This document shows, piece by piece, positions 19,539 through 30,205 of a stretch of 64,000 bases of DNA. Numbering within the stretch: the first letter of the stretch is position 1; the number at the start of each line of letters is the position of its first letter. A program made the position numbers and the translations under genes. The notes beneath the pieces were generated by a model. It did not search any database. It had not been told where the DNA came from and saw only the letters and a program-made list of their open reading frames with translations. This stretch comes from an uncultured Gemmatimonadaceae bacterium (GTDB lineage Bacteria > Gemmatimonadota > Gemmatimonadetes > Gemmatimonadales > Gemmatimonadaceae), in NCBI GenBank assembly GCA_963817955.1, contig CAWFQK010000004.1:448001-512000 (forward strand), given 5' to 3'.

Positions 19539-20989
19539 CGGTGCGCATCCTCGCCGAGCGACCGCTCCAGCGCATAGGCGGCCACGAACATCTGACGCTC
19601 GCCGAAGTGCGGCGCAATGAACTGACCACCCACAGGCAGGCCGTCCAGTCGACCGATCGGCTGCGACATCGCCGGCACGCCGGCGAGGTTGGCCGTGCAC
19701 GTGAAGATGTCGCTCAGATACATCTCATACGGGTCGACCTTCGAACCAAGCGGAAACGCCGGAGTGGGCGTCGTCGGCGTGAACAGCAGATGCACTCCGC
19801 TGTTGAACACCTTGGCGAAATCCTGCGCGATGAGCGCTCGAACCTGCTGCGCCTTGCGATAGTACGCGTCGTAGTACCCGGCGGACAGCACGTAGGTGCC
19901 CAGCAAGATGCGGCGCGTCACCTCCGGACCGAATCCATTCGACCGCGTTGCCTCATACATCCCGCGCAGACCATCGCCCTCAACGCGGAGCCCGTATCGC
20001 ACGCCGTCGAAGCGCGCGAGGTTCGATGAGGCTTCCGCCGGCGCGATGATGTAATAGACCTCGATCGCGAGCGTGGTGTGTGGGAGCGACACGTCGCGCA
20101 CTTCGGCCCCAAGTCGTGCCAGATGCGCGAGCGCCGCCTCCGATTTCTCGCGGATTCGCGCATCGAGCGACTCCGGGAAATACTCCTTCGGTCGTCCGAT
20201 GACGACGCCAGTCAAGCCGCCGCGCGACGCGTCGCGGTAGGCGGGAACCGATTCGGTGGCGCTCGTCGCGTCGAGGGGGTCGAAGCCGGCTATTGTCTGC
20301 AAGCCGAGCGCGGCATCATCGACGCTGCGCCCGAACACGCCGATCTGATCGAGCGAAGACGCAAACGCAACGAGACCATACCGGCTCACGCGTCCATACG
20401 TGGGCTTCACCCCCACGATCCCGCAGAAAGCGGCAGGCTGCCGCACCGATCCACCAGTCTCCGAACCGAGCGCTATGCGCACGATGCCGGCGGCGACCGC
20501 GGCGGCCGACCCACCCGACGATCCGCCCGGCACGCGATCGGGCGCCAGAGGATTCCGCGCTGGCCCATATGCACTGTTTTCGGTGGACGATCCCATCGCG
20601 AATTCGTCCATATTGGACTTGGCGACAATGATCGCGCCCGCCTCGTGCAGCCGGCGAACGGCGGTGGCCTCGTACGGACTCACGTATCCCTCGAGAATCC
20701 TCGACCCGCACGAGGTCGGCATGCTCGTCGTGGCGATGTTGTCTTTGACGACGACCGGCACTCCGGCAAGCGCGCCGCGGCTTCCGGACTTCAGCATGAG
20801 CCCGACGTCGATGGCGCGACTCAGGGAGCGAGCATGATCTTCATACAACAGAATATTCAATCCGTCGCGGCCGGCACCCGCCTCGTGCATGCGCCGCACG
20901 CTCACCTCGACGGCATCACTCGGCGCCTGCTCGCCCCGTACCATGGCGGACACGAGCTCGGCGGCAGACCACGTGACCGGCCCCGTCAA
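19535..20989 (-). CDS. gatA: Asp/Glu-tRNA amidotransferase subunit A
   Basis: KDNI, NMDEFAMGSSTENS, PGGSSGGSAAAV, GSETGGSVRQPA. Confidence 0.96.
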   Translation of the reverse strand: MTGPVTWSAAELVSAMVRGEQAPSDAVEVSVRRMHEAGAGRDGLNILLYEDHARSLSRAIDVGLMLKSGSRGALAGVPVVVKDNIATTSMPTSCGSRILEGYVSPYEATAVRRLHEAGAIIVAKSNMDEFAMGSSTENSAYGPARNPLAPDRVPGGSSGGSAAAVAAGIVRIALGSETGGSVRQPAAFCGIVGVKPTYGRVSRYGLVAFASSLDQIGVFGRSVDDAALGLQTIAGFDPLDATSATESVPAYRDASRGGLTGVVIGRPKEYFPESLDARIREKSEAALAHLARLGAEVRDVSLPHTTLAIEVYYIIAPAEASSNLARFDGVRYGLRVEGDGLRGMYEATRSNGFGPEVTRRILLGTYVLSAGYYDAYYRKAQQVRALIAQDFAKVFNSGVHLLFTPTTPTPAFPLGSKVDPYEMYLSDIFTCTANLAGVPAMSQPIGRLDGLPVGGQFIAPHFGERQMFVAAYALERSLGEDAHR

Positions 20990-21291
20990 GCCTCCTCCGC
21001 ATCCTCATGCGTGGACAGCCTCGGCACCAGGTAGAATCCGTCGCGCATCTGCGGCGCGAAATCCTCACGCGGACGCTCCAGAGGAATCGCAGGACCAGTG
21101 TCGGGACGTAACGGGGCGGCGGATCCTACGTCCGCTCCGTCGGCCACGGTGCCCGTATCGACCTTCGACAGTACGTCCATGTGACCGAGAATCGTGTTCA
21201 ACTCCGCGACCAGCGCGCGGGCTCGCTGGTCGTCGAGACCTAGCCGCGCCAACGTAGCGATGTGACGCACGTCTTCGATCGTGACGGCCAC
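20986..21291 (-). CDS. gatC: Asp/Glu-tRNA amidotransferase subunit C
   Basis: EDVRHIATLARL...FYLVPR; upstream of gatA. Confidence 0.92.
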   Translation of the reverse strand: MAVTIEDVRHIATLARLGLDDQRARALVAELNTILGHMDVLSKVDTGTVADGADVGSAAPLRPDTGPAIPLERPREDFAPQMRDGFYLVPRLSTHEDAEEA

Positions 21292-23614
21292 TACTCGTCG
21301 CCCCGCTCGAGATTGGCCTGGGCAATGACGAGCGTCTTCCGTCCGATGCTCTCGTCATCAAAGTCCACCTTCACCTTGGCATCACGGCCGGTGCCGGCGA
21401 GGTCGGCAATCGTACCGCTACCGAACTTCCGGTGTTTGACACGCGCACCGACGATGAACACCGGTGCGTCTTGTGACTCATCCTCGGCTCCTGGCGCGAA
21501 GCCGCCAATCGGAGCGCCAGGTCGGCGTGCCGACGGCGATGAACTGGGGAAGAACTCGTCGACATCGCGGCCGCCGCGCGTCGAGTGGCCGAAGCCCTTG
21601 GTGTACCCGAAGTCGCCCCCGGCCCGCATCATCGAACGGCCAGAGCTTCGCACCTTGATCGTGCTGCGCTTCTCCACCATCGCGTCAGGAATCGCGTCGA
21701 GAAACTTGGACTGGCGGGCGGGCAGCAGCTCGCCGTTCCGCCGGCGCTCTTCGGCGTACGTCAGGTACAGCTTCCGTTCCGCGCGCGTGATGCCAACGTA
21801 GAAGAGACGGCGCTCCTCCTCGAGCAGCGCGGGATCGTCGTAAGCTTTGGCCAACGGGAACAGCCCATCCTCGAGCCCGGTGATGAAGACGACCGGGAAC
21901 TCGAGCCCCTTCGCGTTGTGCAGCGTCATCATCGTCACCGCGTCGGCATCGGCCCCGAGCTGGTCCACCTGCGCCACGAGCGTGGCGCGCTGCAGGAAAT
22001 GATCGAGCGGCCGCAGACCGACTTCGCCAAGCTCGTCAGCGACTTGCTCGGCCGCGCCGGTGATCAGCTCGCGCACGTTGTCGAGACGCTCGGCGGATTC
22101 CGGGCCTTCGGCACGCAGGTGATCACCGTAGTTGATCGCATCCACGAGCTCCCGGAGCAGCTCGTCCACGGCCGCCTCTGTCGCGCGTTCGCGGAGCGAC
22201 TGTACGAGCCTCACGAATTCGCCGAGCGCAACGCGCGCGGCGGGGCGGAGCGTGGACACGATGTCCGGGATCGCGCCCCCTCGAAGCATCGGCAACCCGC
22301 GCTGACGCGAGGCGTCGGCGAGCAGCTCGATCGTCGTTTCCCCGATACCGCGTTTCGGCACTGCGACGGCGCGGCGAAGCGCCTCGTCGTCCGCGGGATT
22401 CGCGATGAGCTTCAGATACGCCATCAGGTCGCGAATCTCGCGGCGGTCGTAGAATCGCACGGCGCCGACCAGTCGATACGGGACGGCGTGGCGGCGCAAC
22501 GCTTCTTCGATCGCGCGACTCTGCGCGTTGGTGCGATACAGCATGGCGACGTCATTGAGCTGCAGCGCCGAGGCGGCGGAGCGACGCGCCATGAGCTCGC
22601 CGACGACGAAATCCGCCTCGTCGCGCTCGTCGAGTGACCGCACGACCGTCACCTGTTCGCCGCTGGGGCGCGTCGCGCGCAGCGTCTTCCCCATGCGGCT
22701 AGTGTTGGCGCTGATCACGGCATTGGCAAGATCGAGCACCTGCGGCGTGGAGCGGTAGTTCTCCTCGAGCCGCACCACCGTGGCATCCGGGAAATCCTTG
22801 TCGAAGTCGAGGATGTTCCGAATGTCTGCGCCCCGCCAGCCGTAAATCGACTGGTCGTCGTCGCCGACGACGCACACGTTGCCGTGTTCCCCTCCGAGGA
22901 GCTTGATGAGCTCGTACTGCGCGCGGTTCGTGTCCTGATACTCGTCGACAAGGAGGTAGTGGAAGCGGCCTCGGTACCGCGCGAGCTCGTCTGGATGCTG
23001 CTGCAGCATGCGAACCGGCAGAACCAGCAGGTCGTCGAAGTCCACGGCGTTTGCCAGTTGGAGCGCGTCGCCAAGCGACGGTACACGGCGGCAACTGCCT
23101 TGGCGAATGGGTCCATGGCGAGTTGTTCGTATTCGCCTGGCGTCACGAGCGCGTTCTTCGCTTCGGAGATCGCCGACTGAACACCTCGGGGAGTGAACTG
23201 CTTGGGCGAGACGTCATGCCGCTCCATGAGCCGCTTGATCACACCGAGCGAGTCGTCCTGATCATAGATCGTGAATGCGGGCGTGCGGCCGACGAGGTGC
23301 GCTCCGCCACGCAGCATCCGCGCGCCGATCGCGTGGAACGTGCCGGCCCACATCCCGGCCGGCTCGGCACCCAGTAGTCGGCCAATGCGCTCGCGCATCT
23401 CGCCGGCGGCCTTGTTGGTGAAGGTGACGGCGAGGATGTTCCGCGGATCGATGCCCTCCACGTCGATCAAGCGCACGATGCGTGTCGTGAGCACGCGTGT
23501 CTTTCCGGAACCCGCGCCCGCGAGCACGAGGAGGGGGCCATTCACGTGCAGGACCGCGTCCCGCTGCGCCGGATTGAGTCCGGCGGTCAACTTCTCATCG
23601 AGCAGCATCGACAT
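21291..23614 (-). CDS. pcrA: UvrD/PcrA ATP-dependent DNA helicase (frameshift near 23060)
   Basis: LAGAGSGKTRVL, TFTNKAA, VDEYQDTN, VGDDDQSIYGWRGA, TLHNAKGLEF, EERRLFYVGITRA. Confidence 0.9.
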
Positions 23615-23661
23615 CAGTGAAGGATAATCTCTGAACTCGGGCGTGCCGCGTCGCGTGGCGG

Positions 23662-24936
23662 TCAGCTCAAGCGATCGGTACCGAGATACGGCCGAAGGGC
23701 CTCGGGGACGGTCACGGTCCCATCGGGGTTCTGGTACTGCTCGAGAATGCAGGCCACGGTACGCGGAAACGCCAGGCCCGAGCCGTTCAGTGTGTGCACG
23801 AAGCGCGGCTTCTCACCCTTGGCGGGTCGATACCGGATGTTCGCGCGGCGCGCTTGATAGTCTGTGAAGTTGCTGCACGACGACACCTCGAGCCACGCCT
23901 GGACGCCCGGCGCCAACGCCTCGAGATCGTAAGTCATGGCCGCGCTGAAGCCGGTATCGCCGGCCGCCAGCAACTTGCGGCGGTACGGAATACCGAGCCG
24001 CTCGAGCATGCTTTCGGCGTGACGCGTGAGCAACTCGAGCTGCTCGGACGACGACTCCGGCGTCGCGTAGCGCACGAGCTCGACTTTATCGAATTCGTGC
24101 GTGCGCAGAATACCGCGCGTGTCCTTCCCCGCCGACCCCGCCTCACGCCGAAAACACTTACTGTACGCGACGAACGCCATCGGAACCTGATCCGGATCCA
24201 GGATCTCGTCACGATACAGATTCGTGACCGGCACCTCGGCGGTTGGGATGAGAAAGAGATCGTCGGTGCGCGTGGCGTATGCGTCCTCTTCGAACTTCGG
24301 CAGCTGCCCCGTGCCGGTCATGGTGGCACGGTTCACGAGGAGCGGGGGCCACACTTCCTCATACCCATGCTCCTCACGGTGCGTGTCCATGAAGAAGTTG
24401 ATCAGCGAGCGAATGAGTCGTGCGCCATTCCGACGATAGAACACAAACCCGGAACCTGAGACCTTCGATGCCCGCTCGACATCGATGATGCCGAGATGCG
24501 CCCCGAGTTCCCAGTGCGGCACCACGCCTTCGGGCGACCGCGGTACGCCCCATTCGCGCACGATGACGTTGTTCTCTTCACCGCCCGACGGCACGACGGG
24601 AAGATTGACATTGGGAATCTCCAGCAGCACGCGCTGCAGCTGCGCTTCCACGTCGGCGAGCTCACGTTCGAGACTACCGATCTCGTCACCGAGGGCTCGC
24701 CCTTGCACGATCATCTCGCTGGCGTCTTCCTTGGCTCGTTTACGCTTCGCCACTTCCTGCGCGTTCGCGTTGCGTTGTGCCTTTCGCTCATCGGCCGCCT
24801 GAATCAGCGTCCGCCGTTCCCGCTCGAGTTCCGCGCCGCGATCGATGGTGGGAGCCAGAGCCTCGAGCGTACCCCGTCGGCGCATGCCATCGCGCAGCAG
24901 ATCGATCTGCTCGCGGAGCATTCGGAGGTCGTGCAC
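23662..24936 (-). CDS. serS: Serine--tRNA ligase
   Basis: TGQLPKFEED, LIPTAEVP, FRREAGSAGKDTRG, EVSSCSN, HTLNGSGLA. Start GTG (MHDLRMLRE). Confidence 0.96.
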   Translation of the reverse strand: MHDLRMLREQIDLLRDGMRRRGTLEALAPTIDRGAELERERRTLIQAADERKAQRNANAQEVAKRKRAKEDASEMIVQGRALGDEIGSLERELADVEAQLQRVLLEIPNVNLPVVPSGGEENNVIVREWGVPRSPEGVVPHWELGAHLGIIDVERASKVSGSGFVFYRRNGARLIRSLINFFMDTHREEHGYEEVWPPLLVNRATMTGTGQLPKFEEDAYATRTDDLFLIPTAEVPVTNLYRDEILDPDQVPMAFVAYSKCFRREAGSAGKDTRGILRTHEFDKVELVRYATPESSSEQLELLTRHAESMLERLGIPYRRKLLAAGDTGFSAAMTYDLEALAPGVQAWLEVSSCSNFTDYQARRANIRYRPAKGEKPRFVHTLNGSGLAFPRTVACILEQYQNPDGTVTVPEALRPYLGTDRLS

Positions 24937-24938
24937 GG

Positions 24939-25532
24939 TCAGTCCTTGGGAACGCCGGCCACAAATGACCGGAAGCCGCAATTGGGATCGACGGTGTAAC
25001 GGATGTTGAGTTGGCGCCCGATCCGGTCAATGGACGTCACGACTACCTTGGCAAACAGCGTGGATCCGGTGAGAGACGTGCTGCAAGCGTTCGGATCCTG
25101 GCTCTGCACCAGGATCAGATCGTTCACTCCAACGACCAGCGCCGTATCGGCCCGATAACCGCCGGATGGCGCGCGGGTGAGGGCGTCGAAGTTGTCGCTC
25201 GTCTTCTGCAGGCTCACCGTGTGTGTGGTCGCGAGGCCGCTGGCCACTGCGCTGACCGGCAGCACAACGATGTGCCCTGCCGTGTCGATGTCAAAGGCGA
25301 TGTCGAACAGGAAGTTCGCGTCTGCGGATTGCAGCGTTCCGCTGAAGACGTGGAGCGCGCTCGGCGCGCCGGGCGGCGCACCATTGATCGCAAAGACGAC
25401 CCCGCTGTCGCTGATCGTCGGCAACGAGGCAGGTACGCCAGTGAACGTGCCGCAGGCAAGGGCAGCGACGGCGATGGTCGCCGCGGCGAGCGCGACAAGA
25501 GGACGCTTCGGACGAGAATATCGACAGATCAT
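24939..25532 (-). CDS. Hypothetical lipoprotein
   Basis: Basic N-terminus, hydrophobic stretch and lipobox ALAC; C-terminal DPNCGFRS. Confidence 0.65.
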   Translation of the reverse strand: MICRYSRPKRPLVALAAATIAVAALACGTFTGVPASLPTISDSGVVFAINGAPPGAPSALHVFSGTLQSADANFLFDIAFDIDTAGHIVVLPVSAVASGLATTHTVSLQKTSDNFDALTRAPSGGYRADTALVVGVNDLILVQSQDPNACSTSLTGSTLFAKVVVTSIDRIGRQLNIRYTVDPNCGFRSFVAGVPKD

Positions 25533-25659
25533 ATGTGGGGAGCTCAAGGGCGAAGGATATGAGGGCGTCTCTGATTGTTCAAGCGATTGGGATCGCTTGA
25601 CTTCGATTATCTTGATCTCTAGCTTCGCCACCACTTTGCAGGGAGAATCGGAGATCTGC

Positions 25660-26013
25660 ATGCCGCGCATTCGAGATCTCGTCGCCGCCATTCGGCAGCG
25701 GGAAGGAGTTGACGCCGCCATCGTGCTGGGGCGCGATGGTCTGCTGATCGACAGCCAACTCGGTCCCGGGCTGGATGCCGACGATGTGGCGGCCCGTATT
25801 CCTGCCATTATCGGTCCGGCCGACGAGCTCGGCGCTGGGACTGATCGCGGCGACCTGCTGACCGCCGTACTCGAATATCGTAATGGATTGGCCATCGTGT
25901 CCGTGCTGTCGGCGGAGGCCATTCTCCTCGTGCTCGTCAGTCCCCGCGCGAACATCGGCCAACTGCTCTTCGAGCTGCGGCGCAACCGGGAACACATCGC
26001 CGCTCTCGTCTAA
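25660..26013 (+). CDS. Roadblock/LC7 (MglB-like) domain protein
   Basis: REGVDAAIVLGRDGLLID...NIGQLLFELRR. Confidence 0.85.
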   Translation: MPRIRDLVAAIRQREGVDAAIVLGRDGLLIDSQLGPGLDADDVAARIPAIIGPADELGAGTDRGDLLTAVLEYRNGLAIVSVLSAEAILLVLVSPRANIGQLLFELRRNREHIAALV

Positions 26014-26019
26014 GATCTC

Positions 26020-26436
26020 GTGCCCAGCTCCACCCAGACGTGCCATGTGCTCGTCGCCGATGACGAACCACACATCGGCCGCATCATCAAAATGAAGCTC
26101 GAACAGGGCCCCTTCCGTGTCACGCTTGCCTACGACGGACGCGAGGCCCTGCAAGTGCTCGAGCACGAGCCCGACATCCGGCTCGTGCTGCTCGACCTGA
26201 TGATGCCCCATTTGAGCGGACTCGATGTCCTCGCCGCCATGCGCCGAGACGAGCGGTGGCGGGGCCTGCCGTGCATCATCCTCACGGCCGCCGGCCAGGA
26301 ACAACAGCACACCAAGGCTATGGAGCTCGGCGCCGACGACTTCTTGACCAAGCCCTTTAGCCCGAAGAAGCTGTATGCACGGGCGGCCGAACTGGTCGGC
26401 ATGGGCGGCGACGAATCCGTTCCGGAAAGCGCATGA
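26020..26436 (+). CDS. Stand-alone response regulator receiver
   Basis: VLVADDE, LLDLMMP, ILTA, FLTKPF. Confidence 0.92.
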   Translation: MPSSTQTCHVLVADDEPHIGRIIKMKLEQGPFRVTLAYDGREALQVLEHEPDIRLVLLDLMMPHLSGLDVLAAMRRDERWRGLPCIILTAAGQEQQHTKAMELGADDFLTKPFSPKKLYARAAELVGMGGDESVPESA

Positions 26437-27467
26437 GCCGATGGACTGTCGTTCTTGCCGGAGGGGTCGGTTCACGTTTCTGGCCATTGAGCACACCGTC
26501 TCGCCCAAAACAGCTTCTCCCGTTGGTGACAAATCGGCCGCTGCTTTCAGATGCGGTGGATCGGATGCGGGCAATTACGCCGCCCGACCACGTGCTGATA
26601 CTCACCAATGAAGCGTTGGTGCCGCTGATCGCCGAAATGCTCCCTGACATTCCGCGCGACAACCTGATTGCCGAGCCCCGTGCCGGCGGCACCGCGGCCG
26701 CGCTCACCTGGGCGGCGCAGGAGATCGCGCGGCGCGACGGACCCGATGCGGTGATGATTTCCGTGCATGCCGACTGGTCGGTGGCGGACGTCCCGGGCTT
26801 TCAGCAGGCGCTCATTCGCGCCGCAGAGGTCGCGGAATCACAGCACGCGCTCACGACCGTTGGTGTGGTACCAAGCCGTCCCGATCCAGGCTTCGGGTAC
26901 ATCCAGCCGGGAGAAGAGTTGGAGCCCGGCGTGCGGCGAGTCGCCCGGTTTGTGGAGAAGCCGGATCGCGAGCGCGCCGAAACGATGCGCCAGGAAGGTT
27001 ATCTCTGGAATTCCGGCATTTTTGCCTGGCGCGTCGGCGACTATCTCGACGACGTGCGTCGGCTGACGCCCGAGGTCGCGCCAGCGCTGCATGCCCATGC
27101 AAATGACATCAACGCTTTCTTCGGTGCCGTCCGGCCCATCTCCGTCGACGTGGGCGTGCTCGAGCGAAGCGAGCGCGTCGTCGTACTGTCCGGCGATTTC
27201 GGGTGGGATGACGTCGGCACGTGGGGTGCACTGAGACGGGTCCGCGCCACCGACGCGCATGGAAATGCCGCGCACGGACACGTGCACGCCGTCGACGCGC
27301 ACGGGAATGTCGTACATGCCCCGAACGCGACGGTCGTCGTCTACGGCGTGTCGGATCTCGTCGTCGTCGTGGAGAACGGCCTGGTGCTGATCACCACCGT
27401 GGACAAGTCCAGTGATTTGAAAATGCTCATGGACGCGCTGCCGCGCGGCATCCGGGAGCGCGCATGA
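26433..27467 (+). CDS. manC: Mannose-1-phosphate guanylyltransferase
   Basis: VLAGGVGSRFWPLS...PKQLL, FVEKPD, WNSGIF, WDDVGTW. Confidence 0.88.
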   Translation: MSRWTVVLAGGVGSRFWPLSTPSRPKQLLPLVTNRPLLSDAVDRMRAITPPDHVLILTNEALVPLIAEMLPDIPRDNLIAEPRAGGTAAALTWAAQEIARRDGPDAVMISVHADWSVADVPGFQQALIRAAEVAESQHALTTVGVVPSRPDPGFGYIQPGEELEPGVRRVARFVEKPDRERAETMRQEGYLWNSGIFAWRVGDYLDDVRRLTPEVAPALHAHANDINAFFGAVRPISVDVGVLERSERVVVLSGDFGWDDVGTWGALRRVRATDAHGNAAHGHVHAVDAHGNVVHAPNATVVVYGVSDLVVVVENGLVLITTVDKSSDLKMLMDALPRGIRERA

Positions 27468-28696
27468 CACTCGTCGTCCTGTACGATGATGCCCGTGCGC
27501 GAACCTTCGAGCCGTTCGCATCGACGCGCCCGGTCTCGGAAATGCGCGCCGGCACCCGTCTCCTTCGCGAGCGATGGGCCGCCGCGCTTCAGGCCGACGA
27601 CCTGCAATTCGTGGCAGGGGACCGCCACCTCGAGTTCGACGAGCCGGGGGCGCACGCCGCCACCGGTATCATTCCCGGCGGCGCGATCATTGTCAACGCG
27701 CGGTGCGTCCCTGCCCTGCCAGCCGACGCCGCCAAGGCTGCCCGACAGTCCGCGACGTGTAGCATGTGGCGCTGCGGCAGCGAACTGGCCGCCGTGCGCG
27801 TCCGCGAACCCCTGGACATCAAGCATTTCGCCGACGGCAGCCTGACGCTCGACGAATTGCACGTCGGAACGGGAGCCATCGGAACCATCGATGGCTGGTG
27901 GCTTACGGAGGTCTGGGACTTCATCCGTTTCTTATCGGAACAGATCGCCCGCGATGTCGCCGTGTTAGGAACCGCCGACGACACCGTTCCGCCACCCGCG
28001 CATGCAATCATCCTCGGCGAGCACGCGGTGCGCATGCACCGCGGTGCGGTCCTCGAGCCGTACGTGGTGTGCGATGCCAGCGCCGGCCCCATCTACATAG
28101 GCGACAGGAGCCACGTACGCGCATTCACGCGGCTCATCGGACCCTGCTATGTCGGCGACGACGTTCAGATCATGGGCGGCGACATCGGCAACTGCTCGAT
28201 CGGCGACGTCTGCAAGGTGCGCGGAGAGATGAGCAACACCATCTTGCTGGGCCACGCGAACAAGGGCCACGACGGATTCGTCGGACACTCGTACCTGGGC
28301 CGGTGGGTCAACCTCGGCGCCGGCACGGTGACGAGCAACCTGAAGAATACGTACGGCACGGTCGGCCTGTGGACGCCGAGCGGCGTGCGCGATTCGGGGA
28401 TGCAGTTTCTTGGAACGATGTTCGGCGATCATGTGAAGACAGGCATCGGGCTGCGGCTGACCACGGGCTGCGTCCTCGGCGCCGGCGCCAACGTATTTGG
28501 CACCATGCCTCCCAAGGTCGTGGCGCCCTTCTCCTGGGGAGATGGGCCTTTCTATTCTGTGTACCGCGCCGACAAGTTCCTCGAGACCGCTGCCCGCATG
28601 ATGGCGCGCCGGCATGTCGAGGTGACGGACCGCGCCCGGCGTCATCTCACCGCGGCGCATGCTGCCCGCTGGACCGTGGAAGCGGACCGCTCGTGA
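27464..28696 (+). CDS. Putative sugar nucleotidyltransferase/hexapeptide acyltransferase (GlmU-related)
   Basis: TRPVSEMRAG, NKGHDGFVGHSYLGRWVNLGAGTVTSNLKN, left-handed beta-helix repeats. Confidence 0.8.
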   Translation: MTLVVLYDDARARTFEPFASTRPVSEMRAGTRLLRERWAAALQADDLQFVAGDRHLEFDEPGAHAATGIIPGGAIIVNARCVPALPADAAKAARQSATCSMWRCGSELAAVRVREPLDIKHFADGSLTLDELHVGTGAIGTIDGWWLTEVWDFIRFLSEQIARDVAVLGTADDTVPPPAHAIILGEHAVRMHRGAVLEPYVVCDASAGPIYIGDRSHVRAFTRLIGPCYVGDDVQIMGGDIGNCSIGDVCKVRGEMSNTILLGHANKGHDGFVGHSYLGRWVNLGAGTVTSNLKNTYGTVGLWTPSGVRDSGMQFLGTMFGDHVKTGIGLRLTTGCVLGAGANVFGTMPPKVVAPFSWGDGPFYSVYRADKFLETAARMMARRHVEVTDRARRHLTAAHAARWTVEADRS

Positions 28697-29502
28697 AGGT
28701 ATGGATGCTCGGCAGCGGCAGCAGCGGCAACGCGATTCTCATCGAGTGTGACGGATCGCGCCTCCTCATTGATTGCGGGTTCGGAACGCGCGCCCTTGCC
28801 GGGCGGCTGAAGACGATCGGCGTCGAGCCGGAGTCGATCGACGGTTGCTTGATCACGCACGAACATTCTGATCACGTGAAGGGCGCGGGTGCCGCGGCCA
28901 AGCGTTGGGGGTGGGGTATCTACGCCACGCCAGGGACGGCCCAGGCGCGCGAACTGACGGAGACGCCGGTTCACCGGTTCGAACCCGGCGCGACGCTCGA
29001 ATTCCCACGTATGGTCGTGGCGACGACCGCTACACCGCACGACGCCAATCAATCCGTGGGCTTCGTCGTGGAGAGCCGATCCACTGGCGCGCGCGTCGGG
29101 CTCTTCTATGACATTGGCCATGTGAGCCGCGAGATCGCCAGCGCCTGCACCTCACTCGACATGTTGGTGCTCGAATCGAATCATGACGACGCCATGTTGC
29201 GCGATGGCCCCTATCCTCGGTGGCTGCAGAGTCGCATCTCCTGCAAGACGGGCCATCTGAGCAATCGCGACGCCGGCGTGTTCGCACGCGAGGCGCTGAC
29301 CTCCGGCGTGAATCATCTGGTGCTCGCGCATTTGAGTGAGAAGTGTAATTCCGAAGTGGTCGCGCTGGAATCAATGCGGAGCGCCATCGCCCGGTCGCGG
29401 TTCAAGGGGACGCTGAGCGCGGCCCGGCAGAACGAAGTCGTCGGGCCGTTCACGCCGAGTGGAGTGCGCGCCGAAACACCGGTGCAGTACACGCTGTTGT
29501 GA
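28693..29502 (+). CDS. MBL-fold metallo-hydrolase (YycJ/WalJ-like)
   Basis: LGSGSSGN, THEHSDH, LESNHD, GHLSN, LAHLS. GTG start overlaps the previous stop. Confidence 0.88.
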   Translation: MKVWMLGSGSSGNAILIECDGSRLLIDCGFGTRALAGRLKTIGVEPESIDGCLITHEHSDHVKGAGAAAKRWGWGIYATPGTAQARELTETPVHRFEPGATLEFPRMVVATTATPHDANQSVGFVVESRSTGARVGLFYDIGHVSREIASACTSLDMLVLESNHDDAMLRDGPYPRWLQSRISCKTGHLSNRDAGVFAREALTSGVNHLVLAHLSEKCNSEVVALESMRSAIARSRFKGTLSAARQNEVVGPFTPSGVRAETPVQYTLL

Positions 29503-29520
29503 GGGGACCGGGACACGGGA

Positions 29521-29725
29521 TACGAAGCCCTGTCATCCCGAGCGAAGCCCTGTCATCCCGAGCGAAGCCCTGTCATCCTGAGCGGAGCCCCGTCATCCCG
29601 AGCGAAGCCCCGTCATCCTGAGCGGAGCCCCGTCATCCTGAGCGAAGCCCCGTCATCCTGAGCGAAGCGAAGGATCTCTCCGCGTGGCGAAGCGGTCATT
29701 CGTCGCTACGCTCCTCATGAGGACA
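29521..29725. repeat. Tandem array of seven 20-bp units ending in a REP-like imperfect inverted repeat
   Basis: (AGCGRAGCCCYGTCATCCYG)x7 at 29521-29660, then AGCGAAGCGAAGGATCT and a degenerate inverted partner TCGTCGCTACGCTCCTCATGAGGACA. Confidence 0.85.
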
Positions 29726-29987
29726 GGAACATTGGCAGCTGCCATTGTGTCTTTCCTGTAGTAGGAAGAGTAGAACGCGATGAAATCTTTCGGCAGGCCG
29801 CCATCGATCGGCCAAGCCTCGTGCCGCCGCGCCGCTGCGGCGTAATGTCTCCACAGTGCGGCCGGTACGGAATTTCATTTGGCCTTCGAGTAATCACGGT
29901 CGTGCTGAAAGAGAATTGCGCCCCGGCAGGCATCCGGCGTGCGGCGTTAACAGAGGAGCAACAGACGTGCGACACGTCGCGATCGCC

Positions 29988-30150
29988 GTCGGAAGAGCCG
30001 GAAGGGTCGCCGGAAGAGACGGAAGGGTCGCCGGAAGAGACGGACTCGTCGTCAGGAGTGACGGAATGGTCGTCAGAACCGACCGAGCCGCCTTCGGAAG
30101 AGTCGGAGTCGCGTTCGGAAGAATCGGAGCCTCCTTCGGACCGGTCGGTG
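29988..30150. repeat. Degenerate 21-bp tandem repeat (about 8 units)
   Basis: Units such as GCCGGAAGAGACGGAAGGGTC and TTCGGAAGAGTCGGAGTCGCG. Confidence 0.75.
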
Positions 30151-30205
30151 TCTGCGTGAGGGGCGGTGGTCTTGCCGGTAAGGTGCGGGGTCCGTCCGCG
30201 ACACG

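Noticed and set aside
27766..28692. N-terminal extension of the MBL hydrolase (578-aa ORF)
   Set aside because: Alternative frame of the upstream nucleotidyltransferase; the GTG at 28693 fits the family start.
29521..29670. Possible CRISPR array
   Set aside because: Units are contiguous 20-mers with no unique spacers, and no cas genes are present.
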